A stretch of 64,000 bases of DNA from Vulcanimicrobiota bacterium (GTDB lineage: Bacteria > Vulcanimicrobiota > Vulcanimicrobiia > Vulcanimicrobiales > Vulcanimicrobiaceae): the NCBI GenBank assembly GCA_963752825.1, contig CAVVZF010000001.1, positions 930,225 to 994,224 of the forward strand, written 5' to 3'. Every line of letters starts with the position of its first letter. The first letter of the stretch is position 1. The notes under the pieces were generated by a model. It was not told where the DNA came from and did not search any database. It saw only the letters and a program-made list of their open reading frames with translations. The translations under genes were made by a program, and so were the position numbers. Positions 1-9,122 of this stretch are shown piece by piece.

Positions 1-1351
1 ACCCGTAACCCCATCCAAAGCCGAGCCACGCCCAGCCGGGATACCACGGATAAAACGGTTCGTAGGGCGCGATCGGAACCCACCCGATATAAGGATAGGG
101 GTAGCCGTTTGCGGCTGGATACGCGGGGCCGCCGACGCCGTACGGAGTCTCAGGAGAAGGCCCGCCTTCGCCATACGGGCCGGGAGCGGCCGAGTTATAT
201 GGAGCCTCTGCGGCGGCTGGAGCAGCGTTGTTTGACGGGGCGGCAGCCTCGTTGCCGTACGACGGGGCAGGAGCGCCCGAACTGCTAGGCGCGTAGCCGT
301 AGTTTCCGCCGCAGTTATTGGGTCCGCCCGTAGACGCGACGTCGAATCCAAAGAACCCAACAAGCGCAGGCGACCAGGTCTGGGCCGCCTTGGAGGCCGG
401 CGGCAACCATGCCCAGCCCGAAGAGCCGCAGTCGCAGTAATACCAGTTGCCATAGTGATACGGCGTCCAGCCCCATGGCTCGGAGCCTACCCACGTCCAA
501 CCGTACCCGCCTTCCCAAGTCCAGGAACCGTTACGATATGGGACCCAGCCCGCCGGCTCGTTCGGTACCCATGACTGTCCGTAGCCGGCGACGGCTTCCC
601 AACGACCGTAGTCGTTCAGATTCTCGTAACCGGCGAGTCGGGGATTCAAGCTCGGGTTCGCGCTCAGCGCGGCGAGCATCGTCTTGTCGCGCTCGGCGTT
701 CAAGTCGTCGAAGGAGTCGAAGGCGACTTCTGGGCCATACGTGATCGCGGGATTGGATGCCGAACCCCGCGCGCTCAGCGTCCTTCCCGTTCCGAGTGTG
801 TAGGTTTGCTGCGGCGTAACTACGTCGGCGCCGCCGCGTCGCGCGGTGATCCAGCTCGAGCCGTCCGCGGCGATCGAAATCCGAACGTCGCCGGCCTGCT
901 GCGCGCGTACGCTAACCGAAGGCGTGTCGACTTGAATCGCCTCGCCGCCGCCCATCAGTCCGATCTCCGCGGTGCCGTCCGCGAGCTGTACCTTTCGGTT
1001 ATTCGGGTCATTGCTGACGATGCGCGCCTGGGCGGTCCCTCCCAGCCGAACGGCCGTGTAGCCGTCGAACTGAAGCTCAGCGTGCGACGTCGTCCCGGTC
1101 GAGATATAGTCGCCGGGAAGCATCGGCGCATTGCGTACCGCGTTTGTCTGCACGTGGCTGTCGCCTCGTTGGACGACCGCCGAACCCTCGACGACGCTGA
1201 CGCGGACGACGCCTGGTCCGGCCGTGCCCGGCCCGTTCCTGTTAGGTGCCTGTTCGTGCGGGGTCCGCAGCGCACTCGTGAGTATCACTCCAACCAGCAC
1301 GGCCACGGAAATCAGGGTCGCGGAAATCACGCTAACGGACTTGGTTATCAT
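1..1351 (-). CDS. Membrane-anchored FecR-domain protein with a W/Y/G/P-rich C-terminal region (DUF6600-like); the 3' end runs off the window start
   Basis: Absent from the ORF track because no stop lies in the window. My minus-strand translation from the ATG at 1351-1349 (GGAG about 9 nt upstream) gives MITKSVSVISATLISVAVLVGV (TM helix), then GDYISTGTTSHAELQFDGYTAVRLGG (FecR-like), then YGRWEAVAGYGQSWVPNEPAGWVPYRNGSWTWEGGYGWTWVGSEPWGWTPYHYGNWYY. The frame stays open to position 1. Confidence 0.75.
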   Translation of the reverse strand, partial: MITKSVSVISATLISVAVLVGVILTSALRTPHEQAPNRNGPGTAGPGVVRVSVVEGSAVVQRGDSHVQTNAVRNAPMLPGDYISTGTTSHAELQFDGYTAVRLGGTAQARIVSNDPNNRKVQLADGTAEIGLMGGGEAIQVDTPSVSVRAQQAGDVRISIAADGSSWITARRGGADVVTPQQTYTLGTGRTLSARGSASNPAITYGPEVAFDSFDDLNAERDKTMLAALSANPSLNPRLAGYENLNDYGRWEAVAGYGQSWVPNEPAGWVPYRNGSWTWEGGYGWTWVGSEPWGWTPYHYGNWYYCDCGSSGWAWLPPASKAAQTWSPALVGFFGFDVASTGGPNNCGGNYGYAPSSSGAPAPSYGNEAAAPSNNAAPAAAEAPYNSAAPGPYGEGGPSPETPYGVGGPAYPAANGYPYPYIGWVPIAPYEPFYPWYPGWAWLGFGWGYG

Positions 1352-1546
1352 CGGTGGCTCCTCCGGTTCTTATTGAAGCCGAATCCGCCTGAGCGAGCAT
1401 GGAGCGACGATTAGCCGCCCATTAAGTTAGAATGAGAGGGCGATTAAGTGGTGAAAAGGAGCCGGCCGGCAAGCAATCGGGAACCCCCAAGACCCGAGGG
1501 GGCGCGCGCAACGGGCTCGTGCCGAACGCCGCGCATGTCGTGTTCG

Positions 1547-2467
1547 TCAAGTAGACGAGAAGAGGTCGGTCGTGATGTAGCGCTCCGCAGTATCGGCGAG
1601 AAGGACGACGATCCTTTGACCCTGATTTTCCGGACGCGCCGCGACCTGCAGCGCTGCGGCGAACGCGGCGCCGGAAGAGGCGCCCGCTAAGATACCTTCG
1701 GTTCGCGCGAGACGCCGCGCGCAAGCGAAAGCATCTTCGTCGGTGATCGAAATGATTTCATCAATAACGGAGCGGTTGAGAATCGCGGGGATGAAGCCCA
1801 CGCCGATGCCGGGTATCTTGTGATCGCCGACTCGGCCGCCCGATAGAACGGCGGCGTTCGCAGGCTCAACGGCGACGACTCGGACTCCCGGCCTTCTAGC
1901 TTTGAGCACCTCTCCGACTCCGGTGATCGTACCGCCCGTTCCGACGGCCGACACGAAGACGTCGACGGCTCCTTCGGTATCGTCCCAAATTTCGACGGCC
2001 GTCGTTTGCCGGTGCGTCTCTGGGTTTGCGGGGTTGCTGAACTGGTCGACCCAGACGGCGTTGGCGGTTTCAGCTGCGATGCGCCGAGCGCGGGCGACGG
2101 CATCGCCCATGAGAATTCCTGGAGTGAGCTCCACCTCCGCCCCAAGCTGGCGCAAGAGCGCAATGCGCTCCGTCGACATCGTTTCCGGCATCGTAAGGAT
2201 AAGTCGATAGCCACGGGCGGCGGCCACAAACGCCAGCCCGATTCCGGTATTCCCACCGGTGGCTTCGACGATCGTCATTCCAGGCCGCAAAACGCTCCTC
2301 CGTTCAGCATCGAGGATGAGCGCAAGCCCGAGCCGGTCCTCGACGCTGCCGCAGGGGTTGCGCATCTCGAGCTTTGCAAGGATTCGGCCGGGCAAGCCAC
2401 TGGAGCTGCGCGCGAGTTCTACTAGCGGCGTATTGCCTACCGTGTCGGTAATAGTCGAGAATCTCAT
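1547..2467 (-). CDS. cysK: Cysteine synthase (CysK/CysM fold, PLP-dependent beta family) homolog with a substituted catalytic lysine
   Basis: ORF 1547..2629 trimmed to the ATG at 2467 (MRFSTITDTVGNTPLVEL; 306 aa, a normal CysK length). CysK motifs present: QFSNPANPETH, AVGTGGTITG, GIGVGFIP, LAGASSGAA. The Schiff-base lysine position reads NPCGSVEDR (Glu, codon GAG), and the Asn loop reads TGGNTG rather than TSGNTG. Confidence 0.85.
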   Translation of the reverse strand: MRFSTITDTVGNTPLVELARSSSGLPGRILAKLEMRNPCGSVEDRLGLALILDAERRSVLRPGMTIVEATGGNTGIGLAFVAAARGYRLILTMPETMSTERIALLRQLGAEVELTPGILMGDAVARARRIAAETANAVWVDQFSNPANPETHRQTTAVEIWDDTEGAVDVFVSAVGTGGTITGVGEVLKARRPGVRVVAVEPANAAVLSGGRVGDHKIPGIGVGFIPAILNRSVIDEIISITDEDAFACARRLARTEGILAGASSGAAFAAALQVAARPENQGQRIVVLLADTAERYITTDLFSST

Positions 2468-2633
2468 TCGTTCAATCCTGAGCACCGGGTGCAAGCTTAT
2501 ACGCATCGAATCCTCCGCGACGACTTCAGACTTTTCAATGCCAAGCTTTGGTCCTACGGTGCTGTTTACGTCGGTTCCGAGGAGGACAACGTGTACGCGT
2601 TCGCTATGACCTCCGGCGATGGACTCCACGGAA

Positions 2634-2999
2634 TCAGTGCCATCGGTGTGTGGCGATCTGCCAGACGTTACTGCCCGGATCTTCGATCATCGCGCGACGA
2701 TCGCCGTATGGCATGTCGGCTGGTTCTTCGATCGATTTTGCCCCAGCCTCTAGCGCGCGCCGGTACACCGTATCCGCATCCTCTACGTAGAGATAAAGGA
2801 AGCTCGAAGTCACTTCGCGCGGGCCCGCGCCGCTGACCATAACCATCGAGTCGCCGATCCGCATCTGCGACGGCATATCGCTCTTGAACTCGCCGCTCGC
2901 GCCGAAGGCGTCTTTCAGAAACCGCACGAGCCGCGCGGGATCCCGAGCCACGAGACGCGGCGTGACGCTACGCCAACCCTCGGGCTTCCATTCGGCCAC
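2634..2999 (-). CDS. VOC (glyoxalase/bleomycin-resistance/PhnB-like) family protein
   Basis: ORF 2634..3119 trimmed to the GTG at 2999 (GGAG 8 nt upstream), which lies downstream of the stop of the upstream gene at 3026. Sequence WRSVTPRLVARDPARLVRFLKDAFGA...LYLYVEDADTVYRRALEAGAKSIEEPADMPYGDRRAMIEDPGSNVWQIATH is typical of the VOC fold. Confidence 0.75.
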   Translation of the reverse strand: MAEWKPEGWRSVTPRLVARDPARLVRFLKDAFGASGEFKSDMPSQMRIGDSMVMVSGAGPREVTSSFLYLYVEDADTVYRRALEAGAKSIEEPADMPYGDRRAMIEDPGSNVWQIATHRWH

Positions 3000-3025
3000 T
3001 CGATTTCTCCATTCTTTCAGTGTCG

Positions 3026-3850
3026 CTAACGTGCATAAGCTCCGGTGGCGCGCGCCAGGAGCTCGGGCGCGCCAAGCAGCTCGCACGCGGCAGGAAATTG
3101 AGCAGTTGGTCCGCGCCACGCCAACTCGTCGACGTCTGCAAAGAGCGCGGCATCGGTTCGAAGCGTTGCCAGTTCCTTGAATAGGAGAGCGACGCGGCGG
3201 CGCTCGCCGAGCACCTCCGGCGGAAATCGCTCGATTCTGCCATAGCGCGTCAGGAGAGCGACCGCACCCTTCGGTCCAATGCCGGGCATGCCGGGATAGC
3301 CGTCCGCGGCGTCGCCGACGAGCGCGAGATAGTCGGGTATTAGCTCGGGATCCACCCCAAACTTAGCTCGCACGCCGTCAGCGTCCCGGATCGCCTTACT
3401 CCTTCGATCGATTTGCACGATGCGGTCCTCACGCACGCACTGCGCGAGATCCTTGTCCGGCGTCCAAATGCAGACTTTCTGCACGCGAGAATCACTCGAG
3501 GCGAGGGCGGCAGCGGCGGCCAGCGCATCGTCGGCCTCGAGTTCGACCATCGCCCAGACCGCGATCCCCATGGCCCGCAGCGCCTCCTCGAGAGGATGGA
3601 ACTGTGTGAGGAGCGCCGGATCGATTCCCTGACCGGTCTTGTATCCAGCCCAGAGCTCGTTACGAAAAGACTCGATGACGTGATCGGTGGCGACGCCTAA
3701 GTGGGTGGCTCCGTCGGCGATCATGTGCAGCACGGTATTGAGCACTCCGACCACCGCCCCGAAACGCCGGTCCTTACCGTTCGTGAAACGCCGCAACCCG
3801 TAAAAATGGCGGAAGAGTTCGTAGGTTCCGTCGATCAGATGAACAACCAC
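3026..3850 (-). CDS. 5'-3' exonuclease (FEN/Pol I N-terminal domain family)
   Basis: ORF 3026..4129 trimmed to the GTG at 3850. The R-rich 93-aa N-terminal extension overlaps the divergent gene and looks non-coding. Motifs: VVHLIDGTYELFRHFY, ELEADDALA, TPDKDLAQCV, LIPDYLALVGDAADGYPGMPGIGPKGA (H3TH). Confidence 0.85.
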   Translation of the reverse strand: MVVHLIDGTYELFRHFYGLRRFTNGKDRRFGAVVGVLNTVLHMIADGATHLGVATDHVIESFRNELWAGYKTGQGIDPALLTQFHPLEEALRAMGIAVWAMVELEADDALAAAAALASSDSRVQKVCIWTPDKDLAQCVREDRIVQIDRRSKAIRDADGVRAKFGVDPELIPDYLALVGDAADGYPGMPGIGPKGAVALLTRYGRIERFPPEVLGERRRVALLFKELATLRTDAALFADVDELAWRGPTAQFPAACELLGAPELLARATGAYAR

Positions 3851-3943
3851 GGTTCGCCTTGCGTTCCCTGACCGGCCGTCACGCCACCTTTCTTGCTGAG
3901 CGAGTGGGGGGACGGGGCGGCGCCGGCGGCGTACTGCGGCGGC

Positions 3944-5494
3944 ATGTCGACCGCCGCGCAAGCAAGCCGACGCGCCGGAATTGATGGAGGCGCCGTCTGG
4001 GCGGCTTGGAGCGTCGCGGCGATCGTCGTAGTGGTGCACTTCGCCGTGGCGACGGAGTACGGCGCGTTCCGAAACGAGCTCTACTTCATTGTCTGCGGGC
4101 GTCACCCGGCGTTCGGTTACGTCGATCAACCCCCGCTCGTTCCACTGCTCGCGGCGCTAACTCAATCGGCGGGAATCGACCTCTGGTTGCTGCGCCTTCC
4201 GGCGGTGTTGGCCGCCGCGCTCCTCGTCCCGGTGACGGTCATGCTAGCGCAACTGCTCGGCGCGAGCACGCGCGGCGCCTGGCTTGCGGCGATTGCGGCA
4301 GCAGGCGCGACGCTCGTGACGGCGATGACCGCCACGCTCTCGACGTCGACTTTTGAGCCGATCGCCTTCACGCTGATCGCCTACTTCATCGCGCGCGCCC
4401 TGTTCTTCGCCGAACCGCGCGCGTTTTGGTGGGCCGGCGCGATCACCGGTTTCGCGTTCGAAGCGAAGTATGGCGCCTTCTTTTGGGCCCTTTGGCTCGC
4501 GCTCGGGCTCGCGCTGGCCGGGCCGCGATCGGCGCTGCGCTCGCGCGATTTCTGGATAGGCTCGCTCATCTTTGCGGCGGTTGCGCTGCCGAACGTGATC
4601 TGGCAAGCGGCGCACGGATTTCCGTTCCTCGAACTGGTTCGCAACGACAACGCCGGAAACTTCACCGGAACGCCGCTCTCTTTCACGCTCGACCAGATGC
4701 TCGCCGTGAACATGGTGCTGGCTCCCCTCTGGATTGCCGCGATCGTCGCGCCGTTCGCGTCGGCGCGACTCGCACGCTTCCGCTTCTTGTCGATCGCCTT
4801 CGTCGCGATGGCGGTCTTCATTTTGGTGACGCACGGCAAGAGCTACTATCTCGCGGGCGCTTATCCGACGATGTTCGCGCTGGGTGCTGCGGCATGCACG
4901 CGGTTGCCGCGCTGGCTCGTCGCAGTCTGGGCGGTGCTCATCGCCGTCAACGGCGCGTTCTCGCTTCCGCTCGTGCTGCCGGTGCTGCCTCCGGACCGCC
5001 TCAAGACGATGATGGACAACATGCATCCGCGGCCGCGTCCGATCGAAGCGGCCGGCGTCGGCGCGCCGCTGATGCAGATGCTCTCGGACGAGTTCGGCTG
5101 GCAGGGCCTCGCGCGCGCCGTCGAGGACGCGTACGGCACTCTGCCGCCGGCTGATAGAGCGAAGGCCGCGATCTTTGCTTCGAACTACGGCGAGGCGGCG
5201 GCGATCGACTATTACGGCTATGGACTTCCGCCGGCGCTAAGCGGCAACAACAACTACTACCTCTGGGGGCCGCGCGGCTATGACGGTTCGGTCGTGCTCG
5301 CGGTGAACGTCGATCCCGCGCAGTGGTCGAGAATTTGCGATTCGGCGCGCGTCGTGGCTACGTTCGGCACGTCGCCCTACGCGATGCCCTACGAGCGCGA
5401 TCGGCCGATCGTCTTATGCCGCGGCATGCGTCCACCGCTGCAGCAGCTCTGGCCTGCATTCAAACACTACGGTATCGAAAACCTAGGTCGCTAA
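3944..5494 (+). CDS. Glycosyltransferase family 39 (ArnT/PMT-like) integral membrane protein
   Basis: ORF 3893..5494 (TTG start); the ATG at 3944 is preferred and the start is uncertain. Many TM helices. The N-terminal loop FRNELYFIVCGRHPAFGYVDQPPLVPLL resembles the DE/ELY motif region of GT39/GT83 enzymes, and there is a soluble C-terminal domain. Confidence 0.75.
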   Translation: MSTAAQASRRAGIDGGAVWAAWSVAAIVVVVHFAVATEYGAFRNELYFIVCGRHPAFGYVDQPPLVPLLAALTQSAGIDLWLLRLPAVLAAALLVPVTVMLAQLLGASTRGAWLAAIAAAGATLVTAMTATLSTSTFEPIAFTLIAYFIARALFFAEPRAFWWAGAITGFAFEAKYGAFFWALWLALGLALAGPRSALRSRDFWIGSLIFAAVALPNVIWQAAHGFPFLELVRNDNAGNFTGTPLSFTLDQMLAVNMVLAPLWIAAIVAPFASARLARFRFLSIAFVAMAVFILVTHGKSYYLAGAYPTMFALGAAACTRLPRWLVAVWAVLIAVNGAFSLPLVLPVLPPDRLKTMMDNMHPRPRPIEAAGVGAPLMQMLSDEFGWQGLARAVEDAYGTLPPADRAKAAIFASNYGEAAAIDYYGYGLPPALSGNNNYYLWGPRGYDGSVVLAVNVDPAQWSRICDSARVVATFGTSPYAMPYERDRPIVLCRGMRPPLQQLWPAFKHYGIENLGR

Positions 5495-5952
5495 ACCGAA
5501 ACGCCGTTTGCCATCAGGGCCGCGCACAGCGGCAGGAACACAAAGAGGCCGATCTGGACCCCAAGCAACGTCCTCAACCGACGATACTCAGCATGGTCTA
5601 GCACGATCGATCCGTCAGCGGTTTGGCGCCGGTTCCATTGTAAGAATGCGCGCGTCGGCGCGATCGAGATGAGCGCGATGGTCACGAAGATCGCCATCTT
5701 CACCCAAAAGATCGCATTGTGGGCGTAATATGCGGAGCCCTTGGCGCCAAAGAACACCAGCAACAGTCCTGTTATGATAACGAGACCGGCTGACATCCCG
5801 TAGTATCGATCGATGCCTTGAAGTTGCGCTACGCCTTCGCGCGACAGTGATTTCTTCAGCACGAACGCCTCGCCGGCCAAGAGGCCGGCGAGCAAGAAGA
5901 TGCAGATAAAGTGGGCAAAGTGGAGCAGCGCGTCGCGCTCGATTATGGACAC
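5491..5952 (-). CDS. DUF2214-like integral membrane protein
   Basis: ORF 5491..6081 trimmed to the GTG at 5952, just after the upstream gene's stop at 5967. Four predicted TM helices. NAIFWVKMAIFVTIALISIAPTRAFLQWNRR...LFVFLPLCAALMANG matches my recollection of DUF2214 proteins. Confidence 0.65.
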   Translation of the reverse strand: MSIIERDALLHFAHFICIFLLAGLLAGEAFVLKKSLSREGVAQLQGIDRYYGMSAGLVIITGLLLVFFGAKGSAYYAHNAIFWVKMAIFVTIALISIAPTRAFLQWNRRQTADGSIVLDHAEYRRLRTLLGVQIGLFVFLPLCAALMANGVSV

Positions 5953-5966
5953 GTGCGACGAGGGCT

Positions 5967-6311
5967 CTAGCTCACCCTGACCGCGCCGTGGTCGTCGCAG
6001 TGCGCACCGTGCTGATTGTGGAGGTGCCCGCCGACGACGTAGTCGACGTGCCCGGCGTGGGGAACCGGCTCGTGCCCGCATCCTGACGCGTGGCGATGCG
6101 CCGCTTCATGGGCAGCGCAGTCGTGGCCGTCGTTGCAATCGGCCGGATTTTTGCTTGACGCGGCAAGCTCGTGCTCGTCGAAGTGACCGTCGTGTCCGTG
6201 GTGCATGTGGCCGTCGTGCAGATAATCGCTGTGGTCGTCGTGCTGCAAGCTCGAGTGTCCGCACCCCGCAACGTGCGCATGGTTGTGAGGGTCGTGCGTC
6301 GTATGCGTCAT
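5967..6311 (-). CDS. Histidine-rich putative metal-binding protein with an internal duplication
   Basis: ATG at 6311 (MTHTTHDPHNHAHVAGCGH...). His/Asp-rich, with two copies of an H-x-DY-x-x-x-GH-hydrophobic-H unit (HSDYLHDGHMHHGHDGHFDEH and GHVDYVVGGHLHNQHGAHCDDH) and CGH motifs. Confidence 0.7.
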   Translation of the reverse strand: MTHTTHDPHNHAHVAGCGHSSLQHDDHSDYLHDGHMHHGHDGHFDEHELAASSKNPADCNDGHDCAAHEAAHRHASGCGHEPVPHAGHVDYVVGGHLHNQHGAHCDDHGAVRVS

Positions 6312-6439
6312 GGCCGCATTATCTCGCAAACTAAGCCGACTGTCCAGCGTACGACTCAGGTGCGATCGAGAGCGTGTGTGAACGCCTCGCGCAGCGTCTC
6401 CACTCCGACTGCGCGAACTGACGCGCCTCTACGGTTTGA

Positions 6440-6832
6440 TTAGGGTCCGCTCGGGTGGTTGACGAAACTCGGGTTCAGGCACTGTGTTCCGCCCTTGTCG
6501 CGCGTAACAAACGCGCTCAGCTGAGCGCTTATGGCGCTGGGCGCTCCTGCGGGAAGCGCATATCCGCTGAATCGCCATTGCCCACAATCCTTGACATAAT
6601 ACTCGGTGAGGCGTCCTTTTGACTGTATGTCGACGCGTGCGTAATCTTGCACTACGACGATGTCCATGATCCTAGAGGCATCGGACGCACCGTGCGAAAG
6701 AGCCAAGTTTTCGAGCGAGCTCGTATCGGCGTCTGAGCCACAATACGCTGCGATGACCGGTATCGGCGAGAGAAAGACCAGCGTTGCGATCGCGACCGGA
6801 AGCGCGATCGAAAAGTGTCGTGATAACGCCAT
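6440..6832 (-). CDS. Secreted hypothetical protein
   Basis: ORF 6440..6880 trimmed to the ATG at 6832, which has GGAGGA upstream. Signal-like N-terminus MALSRHFSIALPVAIATLVFLSPIPVIAAYCG. No family recognised. Confidence 0.55.
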   Translation of the reverse strand: MALSRHFSIALPVAIATLVFLSPIPVIAAYCGSDADTSSLENLALSHGASDASRIMDIVVVQDYARVDIQSKGRLTEYYVKDCGQWRFSGYALPAGAPSAISAQLSAFVTRDKGGTQCLNPSFVNHPSGP

Positions 6833-6950
6833 GGTTCGAAGTCCTCCGCGATCGAAGCATGTAGCCCTGCTTCGTCTCACGCACCAGCCTCCCTACGCCA
6901 AGAGTACGAACGCGGCGCGCGGTTAACGCGAGCTAACGCAACCTCGGCAA

Positions 6951-6995
6951 GGCGAAAAGGCGAGGAGGCGACGCTGCCTCGGGCGCCGCCTCCTC
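6951..6995 (-). terminator. Putative intrinsic terminator downstream of the S53 peptidase gene
   Basis: 9-bp stem gaggaggcg (6962-6970) / cgcctcctc (6987-6995). On the minus strand the stem is followed by GCCTTTTCGCC. Confidence 0.55.
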
Positions 6996-7015
6996 TGTTG
7001 CCCCTTCTCGACGTA

Positions 7016-8932
7016 TTAGCCGGGGAAGATCGAGTTCTGAATGTCCTGCTGCATCCGGTAGTAGTCGATCGATCCTAGACCCGTGGGTTCGTCCCATCCC
7101 GGCGCGGCGGCGCTTGGAATGCCGTTGGAGCCGTACAGGATGTCGTTGAAACCGCCGATCGGAGCCGTCGTATCCGGAGGCAGTGCGGATGTATCGTCAC
7201 CCGGTTCGCCTGCCGGCACGCACGCCGTGGATCCTATCGGACAGGGCTCGTAGTAGCCGTACACGCCGTAGTACACAGGCGCGGCGAATCCGAGCTTGTT
7301 TTTGAATTGGGTCTCCAGGCGTGCCCATAGGCCCATCGACATCGGCGAAGACAGACTCGTCCCTCCAATTCCCGTCTGGGTACCGCTGACGAAGACGTCC
7401 ATCGGGCAGCCGTTGTTGTCGGCGCACATCGCGATGTCGGCCGCTCCCCGGAGCCCGCCCGAAGTGCACTCCGCGCAGATTCCGTTGGCCTGCCAATACG
7501 GGGCCGATTCGAATGCGCTGAATCCGCCCCCGGTACCGATCCACACGTGCTCGCCGTAATAGGAGCCCGGCTCGTTGCCGACCGCGTTCGTGTCGAGTGT
7601 CGTGCCGCCCACGGCGACGACGTAGGGCGACGACGCGGGATAGCATACTTGGGGCGTTCCGCCCACCGGCCCGCCCGTGTTGACCAGGACCGGACAGCCC
7701 GAGCCGCTGTCGCCAGTCGAGGCGAACATGGTCATGCCCTGGCCCGCAGCTTGATTGAACTCCTCATCGTCGATCGTCATCGATCCGTCGGCGTACGCCA
7801 GGGCCTCCGGTTCGCCGAAGGAGGCGTTGCCGGCCTGGGCCTTGTCATCGTTGACCCACTTACTGAACTCGAGCGCGATATCGGAGTCGCTGAGCGACGT
7901 CGTGTCGTACACGTACAGATGCTGTACCCTTTGTGCGAATCCGCTCGAGATCTGCGTGTCGAGGTCCCATTCGTCGATGCCGGATGTATCGATGCTCGGC
8001 ACGCCGACCTTCACTACCGAATACGGCACCTGTGGGAGTCCCCAAAACGCCTCCGCCGTTCGCAGGTCGGTAACGACCTGTGAGACGTTGCCTTCGGCCA
8101 TGACCGCAATCGAGGTGTTGGAGCCGCTGCTGCAGTTCCAATCCGGACGAATGCGATGGTATTTGGGGGCCGACCCACAGTGCTGGGCATCGTACGCGAC
8201 CTGGTACTGCGGCGGACCATATTCGCCGCCGATGCAGACGCCGTTCACGACCTCAAGACATGGCGGGGGCGTGCCCGTCGCCATCGGCACGATCTTATGA
8301 TCCGACTTCATGATATGAAGCTGCATTTGATAAGCGTTGGTCAGCCCGAGTACCGCGACGACGAGCCCCTGAAGCTTGGCCGGAACCAGGGCCGGTTTGA
8401 CGTTGCCATAGACGTATTTCCCGTTCGCGGGAGTGCCGTGGATGATCGTGTGGAACGCGGCCTCGACGCGTGAAACGGGCGCGGTGCCGCTAACGATCAA
8501 GTTGTTCGGCTCGATGCTGACGCCCGTAAAGCCCTGCTGTTTGAGATAGTCCGCGACGGAGGCGGCCTGGCTGCGCGAGGGGTTGAACCGCTCGGTGAAC
8601 TGCTCCGGGGTCAACCACTGGTGAAAGGATGCCTCGCCGCGCGAGTGTTGGCTGCGAACGAGCTTCGCGGCGCCGTCCCGGTCGCGCATGGAGAGACCGA
8701 CGACCACGCGCAGCCGCGTTGCCTCGGGGACCCGTCCGGTCGGGAAGTTCTTGATGGGAACGCCTTGGGTCGCCGTGGCGGCCCACCCCGCGGGGACGCG
8801 TTCCGTCGAAGCAGGTGGCGTTAGGGAACTGGGAAGCGACGCGCTGGGCAGCAACGTTGGCGCGCCGTTCCCGCTACACCCAGCCGTGAGGATGCCGGCG
8901 GCAAGGCCGGCGAGAAGCAGAGATTTCCTCAT
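7016..8932 (-). CDS. S53 (sedolisin/kumamolisin) family serine peptidase with a pro-kumamolisin activation domain; lipoprotein signal
   Basis: ORF 7016..8989 trimmed to the ATG at 8932 (AGGAG upstream). Signal MRKSLLLAGLAAGILTAGCSG. Prodomain-like EQFTERFNPSRSQAASVADYLKQQGFTGVSIEPNNLIVSGTAPVSRVEAAFHT. Catalytic motifs EWDLDTQ (Glu/Asp), STGDSGSG and GGTSLSSP (Ser). Confidence 0.85.
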   Translation of the reverse strand: MRKSLLLAGLAAGILTAGCSGNGAPTLLPSASLPSSLTPPASTERVPAGWAATATQGVPIKNFPTGRVPEATRLRVVVGLSMRDRDGAAKLVRSQHSRGEASFHQWLTPEQFTERFNPSRSQAASVADYLKQQGFTGVSIEPNNLIVSGTAPVSRVEAAFHTIIHGTPANGKYVYGNVKPALVPAKLQGLVVAVLGLTNAYQMQLHIMKSDHKIVPMATGTPPPCLEVVNGVCIGGEYGPPQYQVAYDAQHCGSAPKYHRIRPDWNCSSGSNTSIAVMAEGNVSQVVTDLRTAEAFWGLPQVPYSVVKVGVPSIDTSGIDEWDLDTQISSGFAQRVQHLYVYDTTSLSDSDIALEFSKWVNDDKAQAGNASFGEPEALAYADGSMTIDDEEFNQAAGQGMTMFASTGDSGSGCPVLVNTGGPVGGTPQVCYPASSPYVVAVGGTTLDTNAVGNEPGSYYGEHVWIGTGGGFSAFESAPYWQANGICAECTSGGLRGAADIAMCADNNGCPMDVFVSGTQTGIGGTSLSSPMSMGLWARLETQFKNKLGFAAPVYYGVYGYYEPCPIGSTACVPAGEPGDDTSALPPDTTAPIGGFNDILYGSNGIPSAAAPGWDEPTGLGSIDYYRMQQDIQNSIFPG

Positions 8933-9122
8933 TTCCTGACTCCTGTCGAGAGAAGCAACAAGTTGAAGAAATCGTAAACGGGCGTCCACGCGTCCGACTG
9001 CGCGGTTCTATGACACAGTTTCTGCTACAGTTGGGACCCGGAGGCGTCCCGGGCTCCCCCATCGCGGGGGACGGAGGGCCTGGAGAACCAGGTGGCGGCT
9101 CGACCCTCTTGAAGGACTCCCC

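Noticed and set aside
409-1414. Plus-strand ORFs 409..744 and 806..1414 at the window start.
   Set aside because: Both are R/S-rich low-complexity translations. The minus strand across 1..1351 encodes a coherent TM + FecR + W/Y/G-rich protein with an RBS; it is missing from the track only because its stop lies outside the window.
2489-2836. 115-aa plus-strand ORF spanning the CysK/VOC spacer, considered as a real gene.
   Set aside because: Only about 26 residues look protein-like (the PQQ-repeat relic). The remainder overlaps the VOC gene in antisense and is R/S-rich. I reported it as a relic, not a gene.
3851-4129. N-terminal extensions of track ORFs: 3026..4129, 33263..34519, 5491..6081, 2634..3119, 1547..2629, 7016..8989, 20461..21186, 37342.., 44739.., 49351.., 58208.. 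and 59598...
   Set aside because: The extended parts are Arg-rich or low-complexity, overlap neighbouring genes, and precede internal start codons. Those internal starts have RBS-like sequences and signal peptides, or give family-typical N-termini.
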